The position numbers and the translations under genes are program-made. From positions 71,672,001 to 71,736,000 of the forward strand of contig OZ024743.1 in assembly GCA_964016885.1 (NCBI GenBank): a stretch of 64,000 nucleotides of DNA, given 5' to 3'. The notes below the pieces were generated by a model that ran no database searches, was not told where the DNA came from, and saw nothing but the letters and a program-made list of their open reading frames with translations. Below, in pieces: positions 41,237 to 56,880 of the stretch; the stretch's first letter is position 1, and the number at the start of each line of letters is the position of its first letter. This stretch comes from Eledone cirrhosa. Taxonomy: Eukaryota.

Positions 41237-41316
41237 AACTTCCTGAAGAGTCCGGTGCTCCAGATGTCCAATATTATCGGATATCTTAAAATGCGGACGA
41301 AACCATGGTAGAGGTT
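41237..41316 (+). ncRNA. Hammerhead in the second repeat copy (41173-41550)
   Basis: AACTTC-CTGAAGA-GTCCG...CGGAC-GAAA-CCATGG-TA-GAGGTT; GUA triplet; palindromic stem III. Confidence 0.8.
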
Positions 41317-41555
41317 ACTAAATATGTTCACTTTTCTCCTAGTTTATTTTACACCTAATTCTGTTTAGTTGACTGTATATCTGGATGATTTATACACTCT
41401 GTCGAAATACTCGATAAATACTCCGTCGCAACCGCCGCGAAGCGATGCTCATAGCTTGGTCTAATCGACTTTTTTATATGATTAATTATGCTAATTGGTA
41501 GATGAAACGGTATATATTTTATCTGGTGATTCTATAGACATGTTTTATGATATAT

Positions 41556-41698
<143 letters not shown>

Positions 41699-42896
41699 AA
41701 ATAGAAATGAGGTTCTATACAGAACAGTGGGTATACAGAAAAGATGGAGTTGGAAATAGCACGGGAAATATGTTTAAAGGTCTGTGTTTCTTTTGGGATT
41801 CGTCAAAATGACATTATTGAGAAGATAGTGTTATTAAAAAGATAGTGTTATTTAAAAAAAGAGGGACAATTCTTTTCTGAAAATTTTTTTATAGAGTATA
41901 GAAAATATATGGAAAAATAAAATATATATATATATTTATAAATTCCGAGTCATATATATTTATATATGACTCGGAATTTGCGTTACGTTTCGCTTTTTTT
42001 ACCCGCCGAAATGTGATTCTCGCTGAATTTATACTTATATATGTATATATATATATATTTATATATATATATATATGTGTGTATATATAGGTGAGTTTTA
42101 TTGTAGCACAATAAAGCAATGCAAATATCGGATAAGTAGCACTCAACAGTTTATAGGACTGGAGTATAAATAATATAACATTTTTATTTTTAATATATAC
42201 TAATATTACCATTAGAGAAATTTTGTAAACATATTTTTTTGACGTTATATATTATTTCTTCCTTGAATTTTTTCTTTCTTCTCTCCTTCCATGCTCGTAT
42301 CAAATCTATTATTTACTTTTTCCTATTACAATACATAGAAACAAACTTGGATCCTAATTAATTCCTCTGAGTTCATGATTCATTTAACGTTATCATCATT
42401 CACCTTATCTTCTTAATATATTTTATTTTAATAATACATTTTAATAAATTTCTTTTCGCACATATTATTAAACCCTTCAACGAATAAACGTTAAATAAAT
42501 AGTATTCTTAATTCCTTTTTCTTTAATAATAAGCATCACCATTCATAAACCTCATTAACTTTTAAGTTCTTAATTTTTTAAATTATGTATTATCTTACAA
42601 CGTTTTTTTTTATTTTTCTCTGAGACAGTGTTTTAAAGGTTATCTCTCTCTCTCACTCATTTTCTCCTCCTCTCTCTTCATTCCTTCTTATACTCCTCCT
42701 CCGCCATCCTTTCTTTATTATTATATTTTTTTCTTCTATCTATATTCTTTCTTCCTCTTCCTCTTCCTTACCTTTTCCTTCACCCCTTCCTTTCCTTTTT
42801 TCCAATCTCATGTATCCATCTTATTTTATTTTTCATATGATGATTTAACACTTCACTGCTCGCAAGTGTTTTTAAAGCTTCATATCATGTCTCCCT

Positions 42897-42965
42897 ATTT
42901 TATCTGATGAGAACGCAAATATCATCCCATGATGATATTTGTTTTTGAAATGCGCATAATAAAAT
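42897..42965 (+). ncRNA. Type I hammerhead at the end of a PLE-type 3'UTR (~42090-43010)
   Basis: ATTTTAT-CTGATGA-..GCAAATATCATC CCAT GATGATATTTGT..-GAAA-TGCGCA-TA-ATAAAAT. Confidence 0.8.
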
Positions 42966-43016
42966 CCATGGAACTCTTTTAACCATCTTTTGATTTTATA
43001 TTTTATATATATATAA

Positions 43017-45729
<2,713 letters not shown>

Positions 45730-46009
45730 TTAAAGTGATGGGCTACATGTTTGAGGATAACCAATGCTTTGAAGAGAAGCTCATTGAAACAGTCTACCAA
45801 ATAGAGCTGTATCTCACTGTAATTAAAACCGAAAAATGGTTAATATTGCAATTATTTCTATTATAAATTATAAATAACAAAATGTCCAAACTATATGTTT
45901 CAATATATTAATTTCTTATTTTGACACAAGACTATATTTCAAAATATTCTAATATCTTTGGGTTTTCTTTTATTGGAATATTTTCAAAACATGAATTAAA
46001 GCAGTTTTC

Positions 46010-46160
46010 CCTACTCTCCACCATAGGCGCTGAGCTGGCCAGCCGCAGGTGTGAGCCTCGTGAGCTGGAATGGCTTTTCCAGCGAGTTTCCCTTGCCGTT
46101 CTACGGGAAAACGCCTTCTCCATTCTGTCCGCCGGGGCTGTGGGGAGGCCACCAATATGA
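46010..46160 (+). mobile_element. CRE-like retrotransposon 3' end
   Basis: SLLSTIGAELASRRCEPRELEWLFQRVSLAVLRENAFSILSAG; close to 7385-7620. Confidence 0.7.
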
Positions 46161-46397
46161 TTGACTAACTTGTCATGTTATCAGTCAGATGTTTCTAGAC
46201 ATCACCCAGTTAATTATATAATATTTCTGTTAATGACCTAATTAATGTATTTCCTTCTCGTATAAACCGTACGTTTCGTTGTTTATTCAACAATAGATAC
46301 AGATGCTGTTGCAAAGAACCGTCTAAAGTTTAAGTCTTACTTTACACACTGTCCGAACATAAATGGGTCTAAGAGACAAAACCGTCACCACCACCAT

Positions 46398-46462
<65 letters not shown>

Positions 46463-46882
46463 TCTATAATGGAAAAATGTATGAGGTGAATTGAAAACAT
46501 GTATACGACTAGATATTCTCCATTTCAATACAGGCCTCTCCGGACACCGAATAGCCATAAAATCCTCCATAAAATCGGAACGTCAGCAACCCATCTGAGG
46601 TCAGAGCCCCACGTCGTGCGGTAGCTGTTACAGCGGGTGTCATTGCCCATTGTCTGCGGAAATGTCTTTGCAATTTTGTCCGCAGGGCGAAGTCGAAACG
46701 CCGCCCCGATATAGGCGTGGATCCTTTCACCTTCCTATCTTCCTACTCTCTTTCTTCCGTGGCCTAATAGTCCTTGATCTTTCTCTACCTTTCTTCTCAT
46801 TTATGGTATTTATAGCCCTTTACTTTCCTGTACTGTCAGATCTGCTCTTCTTTACCTCTTCCTTTTTTTCATTATTTGTATA

Positions 46883-47075
46883 AGGACGGTGGATTGGCAG
46901 TATCGGTAGAGGTTCAGACACGATGCTTTGAAGCATAGAGTTTCCTCCCTTTATGATCGGAGTTCAAATCTCACCGAGGTTAACTTTGCTTTTCATCCTT
47001 ATGGGGTTCGAGAAAATTAAGTACCAGTAATGTACTGGATAATTGCTAGCCTTGTGCCAAAGGTAGAAACAATTA
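46883..47075 (+). mobile_element. tRNA-derived SINE copy
   Basis: Same family as 9754-9945. Confidence 0.8.
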
Positions 47076-48128
47076 TTTATATAATTAATTATGAAAACTT
47101 AATAATTTATATAGATTAAACATATAAAAACATATTCAAAAAATTAACACATTCTTATATGTAGAAATACGTCTATAATAGAGGTGTATATGAAGACATA
47201 TACGATATGTTTATGTATAATAAATATATGAGTCTCATTATGAATATTTTATACTGCGAAATACTTGTATAATTATTATAAAGAAACATATCGTGTATGC
47301 CTTCCTATACAGATCTATTATGAACTATATGTTTTAGTGTGGTGGCTAATTAAATACTTCCATATATAAGATTCTCTTTGCCTTCTATAATCGGTGTAAT
47401 TTAAGTATTTAGATCTTTAATATTGCCTTCATACTCATAAGGTAATCTATTTATTTTATATAATTTCGTTTTAGATTTGGTATTTCTTTTATAAGTAAAT
47501 CATTATCGTTCCACGTAGCCATCATTTTAAGCCAATTGATTACTTTATCGATATTATCAGAGTAAGACAGAAAACGAAAAACCTGTGTAATAATGATCAA
47601 TCGAAACAGTTGTTCAACATATCATTCAGTGGTAATTAGAGGTAATATGGCCGGAACAGGTGACGTAACCGTCATTTACAAGGTGACATCAAACCGAATG
47701 TAACATATAATCTAACCCAAGAAAAACATGAAAGACGTAGAATTGGTTTTGAGAAAATTATAAGCTGCATATGATAAGTATTAGCCATATATTATTTTCG
47801 TCTTACCCAACTTTATATTACAATATATTATAGCTCTAAATAGGATTTTAGTCAACTTTATGGTGTAATGCATATATGTGTATCTATATAATTATATATA
47901 GGTGTATATATATATATATACAATTATATATAGGTATATATATATAGGTATATATATATATATATATATATTAGTCAAACATGTTATATTTGGCTTCGTT
48001 TATTATAATTCTCTGCTATCTGTATATTTCAGTGACAGTCATTATGATGCCAGTTCCTCGGAGGACTAATAACACACCCAGGAGCTGGACATATCGATGA
48101 ATTGACAGTGGAACACATTTAATACGTA

Positions 48129-48181
48129 CTGCCTGATGAGGTCACAGCCAATAATAGCTGTCACTGACATATATATAGCAG
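48129..48181 (+). ncRNA. Decayed hammerhead within a small inverted-repeat element (47971-48325)
   Basis: CTGC-CTGATGA-GGTCACAGC..GCTGTCACT-GACA(GAAA mutated)-TATATA-TA-GCAG; the inverted arm keeps GAAA. Confidence 0.5.
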
Positions 48182-48323
48182 AGAAGTAAAATAAAGGAAG
48201 CCAAATTTAACATGTTTGACTTACTTATTTTACATTACTTCGGAGTAAACAAACCAGCCTGCGTACTACGTCGTGTGCTCCAATCTGCATACTAGGTGTC
48301 GGTAACAACCAACACATACTGAA

Positions 48324-48359
<36 letters not shown>

Positions 48360-48362
<3 letters not shown>

Positions 48363-48812
48363 AAAGTTCTATTTAAATTGTTGGGATACAACAAGCAAAT
48401 ATTTTTATAACTGATATAAAGCACTCGACAACTATTTGGAGTAGATATACGATATTAACAAATGGAAACTATATTTATAAAACCATATTTATTTCATTAT
48501 ACATATTTCAAGGATACCAAGTTAAATTATGGTATGCCTTCATCAGACAAAATACAATATATACCAGTTTTATAAATAAACATTGACGTACCCTTTCAAA
48601 ATGCAACCGTTACTTTTGGAAGACATCCTGATGTCTTCCAAAAGTAACGGTTGCATTTTGAAAGGGTACGTCAATGTTTATTTATAAAACTGGTATATAT
48701 TGTATTTTGTCTGATGAAGGCATACCATAATTTAACTTGGTATCCTTGAAATATGTATAATGAAAGAAATATGGTTTTATAAATATAGTTCCCATTTGTT
48801 AATATCGTATAT
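48360..48812 (-). mobile_element. PLE 3'-end remnant forming a ~183-bp-arm palindrome (48445-48627 / 48630-48812)
   Basis: Centre AGACATC-CT-GATGTCT; one HHR per arm. Confidence 0.8.
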
Positions 48813-48829
48813 ATATATATAAATTTATA

Positions 48830-48901
<72 letters not shown>

Positions 48902-48915
48902 TTTTAATATAGAAG

Positions 48916-48966
48916 AGCTTCTACAGGACTAGAACTGTTTCATTCGTGAGAAATCATCAGGAAGCT
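48916..48966 (-). ncRNA. Type I hammerhead (mutated copies at 30873-30927 and 43096-43150; half-copies at ~20902 and ~44489)
   Basis: AGCTTC-CTGATGA-T TTC TCAC GAA T-GAAA-CAG TTCTAGTC CTG-TA-GAAGCT. Confidence 0.75.
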
Positions 48967-49524
48967 GGTTGTCCAAGTAAAATGATACTATTTATATCTT
49001 TCCTTATCTGGTGGTAGGAGAGGGTGGGGATTGGGATGGATGTTGGTCATTGGTTGAAGTAATTAAAGCAAAGGCAGTTCATTAAAAGCTAATTCTTTAA
49101 AGCTATAAAATTAACAAAGGCAGAACGAATACAGTAAGCAAGTTCAAAATTGGAATACCAATCCTTGTTTATCACTTAGGCTAACACTGCCTGTAAGACA
49201 GGTGTCTACAGGATGGGTGGGGTTCAATGGTTTAAAGAAAAGGGAAATTCTTTAGAGGCTAATTCTTTCAGGCTTAATAAGCATGATAAAGGCAGAACAA
49301 GTTCCATCAACAGATTCAAGTGTTGGGGTGAACCCCCTTATTGTGAAGTTCTCTTAATATATATTCCAGGTGTCAACAAACACATTCACATACGCGCGCA
49401 CGTACACGCACGCACACATAGGCAGGCACGCACACAACAAACACACATAATGGTATATACACACATACATACATACAAATATATGCATACACATATACAT
49501 ATATATGTGTACATACATACGCAT

Positions 49525-49569
<45 letters not shown>

Positions 49570-49716
49570 CACATACATACACACATACCTATATATATAT
49601 ATATACATACACATACACACATATATATATATATATATATATGTGTCTAATATATATATATATGTATATAATTCATGAAAAAAGAGTAACATGGTTGGCT
49701 GTACAATAAGGGCTTT

Positions 49717-49840
49717 ATCCACAGTGCTGACTTTTGTTTCGTTGATCTCGTAGGTCTAGAGCTCGCTAATCGCTTGGTGTTGCGTCAATCGATCTCCAAT
49801 TTTTTGTTTACAACCAGTCAATTCATCAGAGCGTGTGGAT
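49717..49840 (-). ncRNA. Hammerhead with a large stem-II insertion at the end of a PLE-type 3'UTR (~49670-50830)
   Basis: ATCCACACGCT-CTGATGA-ATTGA...TCAAC-GAAA-CAAAAG-TC-AGCACTGTGGAT. Confidence 0.6.
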
Positions 49841-52559
49841 GTGAGGATAATACACAAGGCATGGCTTTTATAGAAGAGTGGTGTTTGACCAGAACAATAA
49901 CATCAGTAACAAACTATCTAGATACTGAATAATTAAAATAATAACATCAATATATTTAAGAAATAGAATATAATGATAAAATAAGCATGGTAAACGAACA
50001 TAGATGATACAGATGTATGAATTGACATGCGAAACCTACCTTAGGGTAATTTAGAGGTAGTAGTTGAGGGATGAATTAACTTAGATGAAGAGATAACTAA
50101 TCAAATGTACTTTGAGTCAGATTTTGGAATCTACACTTTAAGTGCAATTATGAGGGATTTAGATACAAGTGTGCTGTGGGTCTAAAAGCCCACTAGCAAT
50201 AAACCGGAGATTGATTTATGGTTTGACAGATAAGTATTTTTTTCTGTTGTATCAATTTTGTGGATTCATGGAGTGAGTGTATACAGATTTATGGTTCTTA
50301 GTAACTGGTATTAAGTGAAGTTGTAGATTCAGTATATTAAGGTTTATGTGGCTTATACTAAATGTTGGGATTGCTAGTTCGAATCATGGGGGTTTAGTTT
50401 TCGCAACATCACAAACAAATAGCGTATAATTAAGACAATAACATCAACAATAAAACATGCATGGTAAATAGATAGAGAACATGATGAATAAAATTAGGGA
50501 TAGGGTACATTGAGATGATCATAATAATAATAAGAAGAAAATAAGAGTTTCAAAGGAGTGTAATAGTAATAAGATAATGTACTTAGAATTAAGTTCATCT
50601 GTTAGAGATCATGGGTGCTAATATGAGATATAATTGCATGGTCCGAAAGAAAAAACAACAACAAAGACGAAATTGATTTATGCGCTGACAAGATAATTGG
50701 TAGATGTTTGTAGACATTCCTGTCCTATCTTGGTGGTATAGATGTAGGGAGTCTGAAAGGTGTTTATAGATGTTTATGGTTCTGAAGTGGGCAGTGTGAG
50801 AATGCGGATTTCATACGTTAAAGTCTAAGTGGTTTCATATGTATATGTGTGTATGTGTATATGTGTATATGTATGTATATATATGTATATATATATATAT
50901 GTGTATATATATGTATATATATATATATATTTATTTCGTTTCTGAATTTGTTTAGCAAGATTCTTTATGTGAAATCGTGTGTTGAAACCGATATTGTTAT
51001 ACTTTGGGAGGGTCATGTTGCCAATAAGAAACACACGCACCAGTTGCTTTCACTTCAGTTTATTTATAAATTTACAAGTTTATAAATTTATAAATTTCTG
51101 GTTGGTTGGTTGGTTCCACAACCAGATAGTTGTTTATATATAGTCATAGTCCTTTCGTCACACACTATGTGACCTCTTCAGTGACTGGGGATTCCTTTCT
51201 TTGTTTCTGTGCCTCTCCTTTGTTCTGTCCTACGCCATTTTGTTTCTGTGTGTGTGTTGTGTGCTCAGTCTGCGCATGCGCCACATCCAGGTGTCTGTGT
51301 GTGTTTATGTTCATTTATCTATTTGTTTATTTATTCATTTATTTACATGTTACTGGTTGGTTGTTTGTTCTATGTGTGTGTGTGTTTTCACTTTGTCCTT
51401 AATTGTAAGTTGTGATGTTGCTGTTCCACTCATATTTTCTATTTAATTTTGGTTGTAATTCTTTTATGTTTATTGCCTCTGTAATTTGTCTAAACATTGC
51501 ATCTTTTCTGTGTGTAGATTCTATTTTTATTTCTATGTTCTCTAATTTACCCTTGTGTTCTATCTTAGCATGTTGGTAGAGTACAGATGATTCTTTATTA
51601 TCTTGAAGGTCTCGCCAGTGTTCATTTATCCGTTCCCCTATACTACGAGCTGTCTCACCTATGTACACTATATTTTTGTCTCTACATTGTCCTTCAGTAC
51701 ATCTTATGCTATACACTACATTTCTAGTTTTACAGTTAATATGGGGGCTTATTTTACAGGTTATACATTTCTTATCTATACATGAGGGTCTTTGAAAAGG
51801 GTATGTCTTGCTAATAAGTGTTTTTACGGAGGTACCTGGTCTTTCTACTATCTTAATATTGAGTTTATGTTTATTTAGGGCCCTTCTAAATTTGTAGGCT
51901 AGTTCGCCTCTAGGGGTTGTATCGATGAACATTACACTCTGGTATTTATTGCTATCATACCATGAGTTTATTCTATTAGCCTTGTTCCTAGTTCTTTCTA
52001 TTCTATTCCAAAATTTGCTCCTATACAAGGGGCAGGTCCCATTTATGTCATTATTTACCATTTTTTCCCATTTAGTTCTGGCTCCTCTATACACTCTGAT
52101 TCTATCTCTCTGATTGTAGCCAGAGAACTGCATACGGTGGATGAAGTGTTGTATGTGTTTCTCTAGTTCTTCGGGGTTGCACATGCGGGACACATTTCTC
52201 ATCACCCGTACCAAATCCGCAATCAGTATGTTGATTTTGGTATGGTCCGCAATCAGTATGTTGATTTTGGTATTGTCCGAGTTTCAGTGGATCAGTGTTT
52301 GGAAGTCATGGGTTTGGCATAATGGGAATGGAGGATGGTTTTTTGTTGTTAATGGTATCTAACCAGAGCTTTGTGTCTAGTACAGGTAATCGATGGTTGG
52401 GGTGTCTACTTGGGTAGTCTATAGTAACTCTAATGCTCTGGTTGATGGAGTTTGCTATTTGCTGGATGCTTTCCATTGTGTTTTTCTCTAGTTCCTGACT
52501 GTTCTCTAGTGGGGGTGTCTTAACTACGATGTTTATATCATCTACGTAGCGTAGATGAT

Positions 52560-55500
52560 ACACGATTTCAGATAAAGAATCTTGCTAAACAAATTCAGAA
52601 ACGAAATATCGTAAGCCTTATCCAGGCTAACAAGATACTGAAAACCACCATGTTCTATTGTCTACGAAAAACCATAACATCTCGACAACTACACTTCATA
52701 AAGCAGTGTGCCTCATCCAGAATCTACACCAACACCATCAATACCGACGTTAGAAAATTACAACTCACCAAAAAAACAAGCAGATAGGCTAAAACGAACA
52801 TTAATTCTAAACATAAAAAAGATCTATAGAGAATTAAGTCATCAAGAAAAACAAAAGCGTAACCTAATACAAGAAATAGCTAGTATCACCACACCAAGAG
52901 AGAAACTAATATTTATAAGCCTTATACGCCCTGAAGAACAGTACATTACTCAAGAATGTGATAAGCACTTTAACAAGAAACTAAAGTGGCTTAAACAGAT
53001 AAAGCTAAATCAGGATACTATAGAGAATACCAATAGATATCCCGACAAAATTGACGGTATAAACATGGCCGACACCTCATTAACAGAAGAGTTCAACAAC
53101 AAAAACACCAATATATATGGTAACGCAAGAATAGATAATGACGAAATGTCTGTGTTATGTTTACCCCCGAAATTTGCGACATTCAAGAAGGTAAATATGA
53201 TTAGTTGTCTGTCAGAAATAGAAAAATCATTTACAAAACTACGCTGGAGCATCAAAAACAAAAACAAAAACAAATGCAACAATATACGCACACACATATA
53301 CAACACACATCCCAACAACAACAGACACACAGACACAAACAACAATAACAACAACACACACATCATCAACAACAACAATAACAACATACCCATAAACAAC
53401 AACAACAGACACGCAGACACAAACAACAATAACAACACACACAACAACAATAACACACACGGAGACAACAACAACACACATCAACAACAGCACACATCAA
53501 CAACAACAACACACACGCATTCAATGCCTCTCACCACCAACACAATCATAACAAACACACAGACACAGAAAACAAGTAATGACAGTAGCACAGAAATCAC
53601 AGAAATAAGGGAAAGTAATAGGATTAAAAGGAGAAGGGAGACTAAGGACAAAGAGAATAACCAAGACGAACACACAGACACACAAAATAGGGTTGATAAC
53701 AACAATGAGCCAGTGGTAAGAGACAGGAGTAATTATGAGAGACATAGAAACGACCATGAGGCTGTTGGTGGAAATAGAAATAGAAACAACACAACTAACA
53801 ATAACTATAGCACTAGTACACATAAAGCAGCAGCCTGGAACTCTCCGTTTTATAATCCCTCCGATAAATCATTCGACCTACGACGAGTCCACGCCACGAC
53901 TTTACCATTTAACAAACGCACGCAATTGCCGTCGCAGGTCGATGAACAAACAGAAGCACAACTTAGTATAGCTAGATCCGAACTTAGAAATATTATAGAA
54001 CAGTATAGCAAGAAGCATAATAGAATGGAGGCCCAGCAACTGGGAGAAAAATCTGCAAATGGCTTGCGTGAGCTCATGCAGCGCTCACGTAATGGAGAGA
54101 TAGCATGCTTTCCAACAGACAAGTCTGGCAGAATGTCGGTTGACAGCCTGCCAAACTACATCAAGGCAATGCAACCCCACATCACTAACACAAGAGAGGT
54201 AACACCACAGGAGCATGAGGATAGAGAAAAAGCCCTCAATGCCCATATGCTGATGTGGACGAATATAATGCAGCCCAACAAAAGGACTGCCAACAACTTC
54301 CAGGCCTGGAACAATGACGTGACGGCTTTGTATGGGCTTCGAAAAGACCATAAAACGGGCTGCGACCCTGTCGCGGGACCACCAGCACGGCCAGTCTGTG
54401 GAGCTAACATTGCTAGTAACTACAGACTGTCCTACTTCCTCTCCCTGATCATACGCCCCATCATTGAAATGTCCCCAGATGTATGTGACAGCACGGAGGA
54501 CCTCCTCAGCAGAATCGGCGTGAGTAACCGATCTGGGGACCTAACAAACTGCATAATAGGCAGTATGGATGTTGTGTCCCTGTATCCATCTATTGACGTG
54601 GATTTTGCTGTGGAGAAATGCGTAGAAATGTTCATTGAGAGCAAGGTTGAGTTCCGTGGGATTGATACCAGTGAGCTGGGACTTCTACTTAAGCTTACCT
54701 ATAGTAGTAGTTACCTAGACACATATGACCTTAGCAACCTGTGCTTTACAAGACCAGCCAGAGGCAGACCACCTACCATTACCTCAATGGCCAAGAAAAC
54801 CCACGCAGATAGATGGAACGGGTGGACCAGAGCCATACGGATAGCCGAAAACCACGATGAACTGAAGAAAATGATTGCACATGCGGTAGGGGCCAGCATA
54901 AAACTAACCCTTAAGGAACATATGTTCAAATTTAATGGAAACACATATGCCCAAGAGGAAGGAGCAGTCATTGGTGTTAGCATTGCAGGCGACATAGCTA
55001 ACTTATTCATGGTATGGTGGGACAGTAGACTTAAACTTAAACTTAAAGAACAATTAGAAGACCCCTTAACCCTGGTAATGTACTCCCGCTACGTAGATGA
55101 TATAAACATCGTAGTTAAGACACCCCCACTAGAGAACAGACAGGAACTAGAGAAAAACACAATGGAAAGCATCCAGCAAATAGCAAACTCCATCAACCAG
55201 AGCATTAGAGTTACTATAGACTACCCAAGTAGACACTCCAACCATCGATTACCTGTACTAGACACAGAGCTCTGGTTAGATACCATTAACAACAAAAAAC
55301 AAATCCTCCATTCCCATTATGCCAAACCCATGACTTCCAAACATCTGATCCACCGAAACTCGGCCATTTCGGACCATACCAAAATCAACATACTGATTGC
55401 GGATTTGGTACGGGTGATAAGAAATGTGTCCCGCATGTACAACCCCGAAGAACTAGAGAGACACATACAACACTTCATCCACCGTATGCAGTTCTCTGGC

Positions 55501-56218
55501 TACAATCAGAGAGATAGAATCAGAGTGTATAGAGGAGCCAGAACCAAATGGGAAAAAATGGTAAATAATGACATAAATGGGACCTGCGCCTTGTATAGGA
55601 GCACATTTTGGAATAGAATAGAAAGAACTAGGAACAAGGCTAATAGAATAAACTCATGGTATGATAACAATAAATACCAGAGTGTAATGTTCATCGATAC
55701 AACCCCTAGAGGCGAACTAGCCTACAAATTTAGAAGGGCCCTAAATAAACATAAACTCAATATTAAGATAGTAGAAAGACCAGGTACCTCCGTAAAAACA
55801 CTTATTAGCAAGACACCCTTTTCAAAGACCCTCATGTATAGATAAGAAATGTATAACCTGTAAAATAAGCCCCCATATTAACTGTAAAACTAGAAATGTA
55901 GTGTATAGCATAAGATGTACTGAAGGACAATGTAGAGACAAAAATATAGTGTACATAGGTGAGACAGCTCGTAGTATAGGGGAACGGATAAATGAACACT
56001 GGCGAGACCTTCAAGATAATAAAGAATCATCTGTACTCTACCAACATGCTAAGATAGAACACAAGGGTAAATTAGAGAACATAGAAATAAAAATAGAATC
56101 TACACACAGAAAAGATGCAATGTTTAGACAAATTACAGAGGCAATAAACATAAAAGAATTACAACCAAAATTAAATAGAAAATATGAGTGGAACAGCAAC
56201 ATCACAACTTACAATTAA
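52560..56218 (+). pseudogene. PLE RT + C-terminal GIY-YIG polyprotein (~1200 codons); frameshifts near 52775 and 55815
   Basis: LCLPPKFA, PTDKSG, LYGLRKDHK, RPVCGA, SMDVVSLYPSI, QEEGAVIG, YSRYVDD, LPVLD, CxxxxCxxC linker, NVVYSIRC..YIGETARS..ER..EH, RQITEA. Confidence 0.92.
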
Positions 56219-56432
56219 GGACAAAGTGAAAACAGACACACACACATAGAACAAACAACCAACCAGTAACATGTAAATAAATAAATAAATAAACAAATAG
56301 ATAAATGAACATAAACACACACAGAGACCCGGATGTGGCGCATGCGCAGACTGAGCACACAACACACACACAGAAACAAAATGGCGTAGGACAGAACAAA
56401 GGAGAGGCACAGAAACAAAGAAAGGAATCCCC

Positions 56433-56477
56433 AGTCACTGAAGAGGTCACATAGTGTGTGACGAAAGGACTATGACT
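56433..56477 (+). ncRNA. Minimal hammerhead in the PLE 3'UTR (mirror copy on - at 51142-51186)
   Basis: AGTCA-CTGAAGA-G GTCACA TAGTG TGTGAC-GAAA-GGAC-TA-TGACT; stem III is vestigial. Confidence 0.65.
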
Positions 56478-56638
56478 ATATATAAACAACTATCTGGTTG
56501 TGGAACCAACCAACCAACCAGAAATTTATAAATTTATAAACTTGTAAATTTATAAATATATAATAAACTAAAGTGAAAGCAACTGGTGCGTGTGTTTCTT
56601 ATTGGCAACATGAACCCCCCAAAGTATAACAATATATA

Positions 56639-56726
<88 letters not shown>

Positions 56727-56790
56727 GATGTGTATGGATGTGTATATATATGTGTGTATATATGTGTGTATGTATGTATTTATGTGTTTA

Positions 56791-56822
<32 letters not shown>

Positions 56823-56880
56823 TATATATGTATACAAGCTCGACCTGATGATGGTATATATGTATATATATATATATATA

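Larger units (their letters stand above)
50930..56635 (+). mobile_element. Near-full-length PLE (IFD-like family) with an inverted 3' copy at 50930-52555
   Basis: 50930-52555 is the reverse complement of ~55088-56635 plus a tail; (TA)n flanks. Confidence 0.92.
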
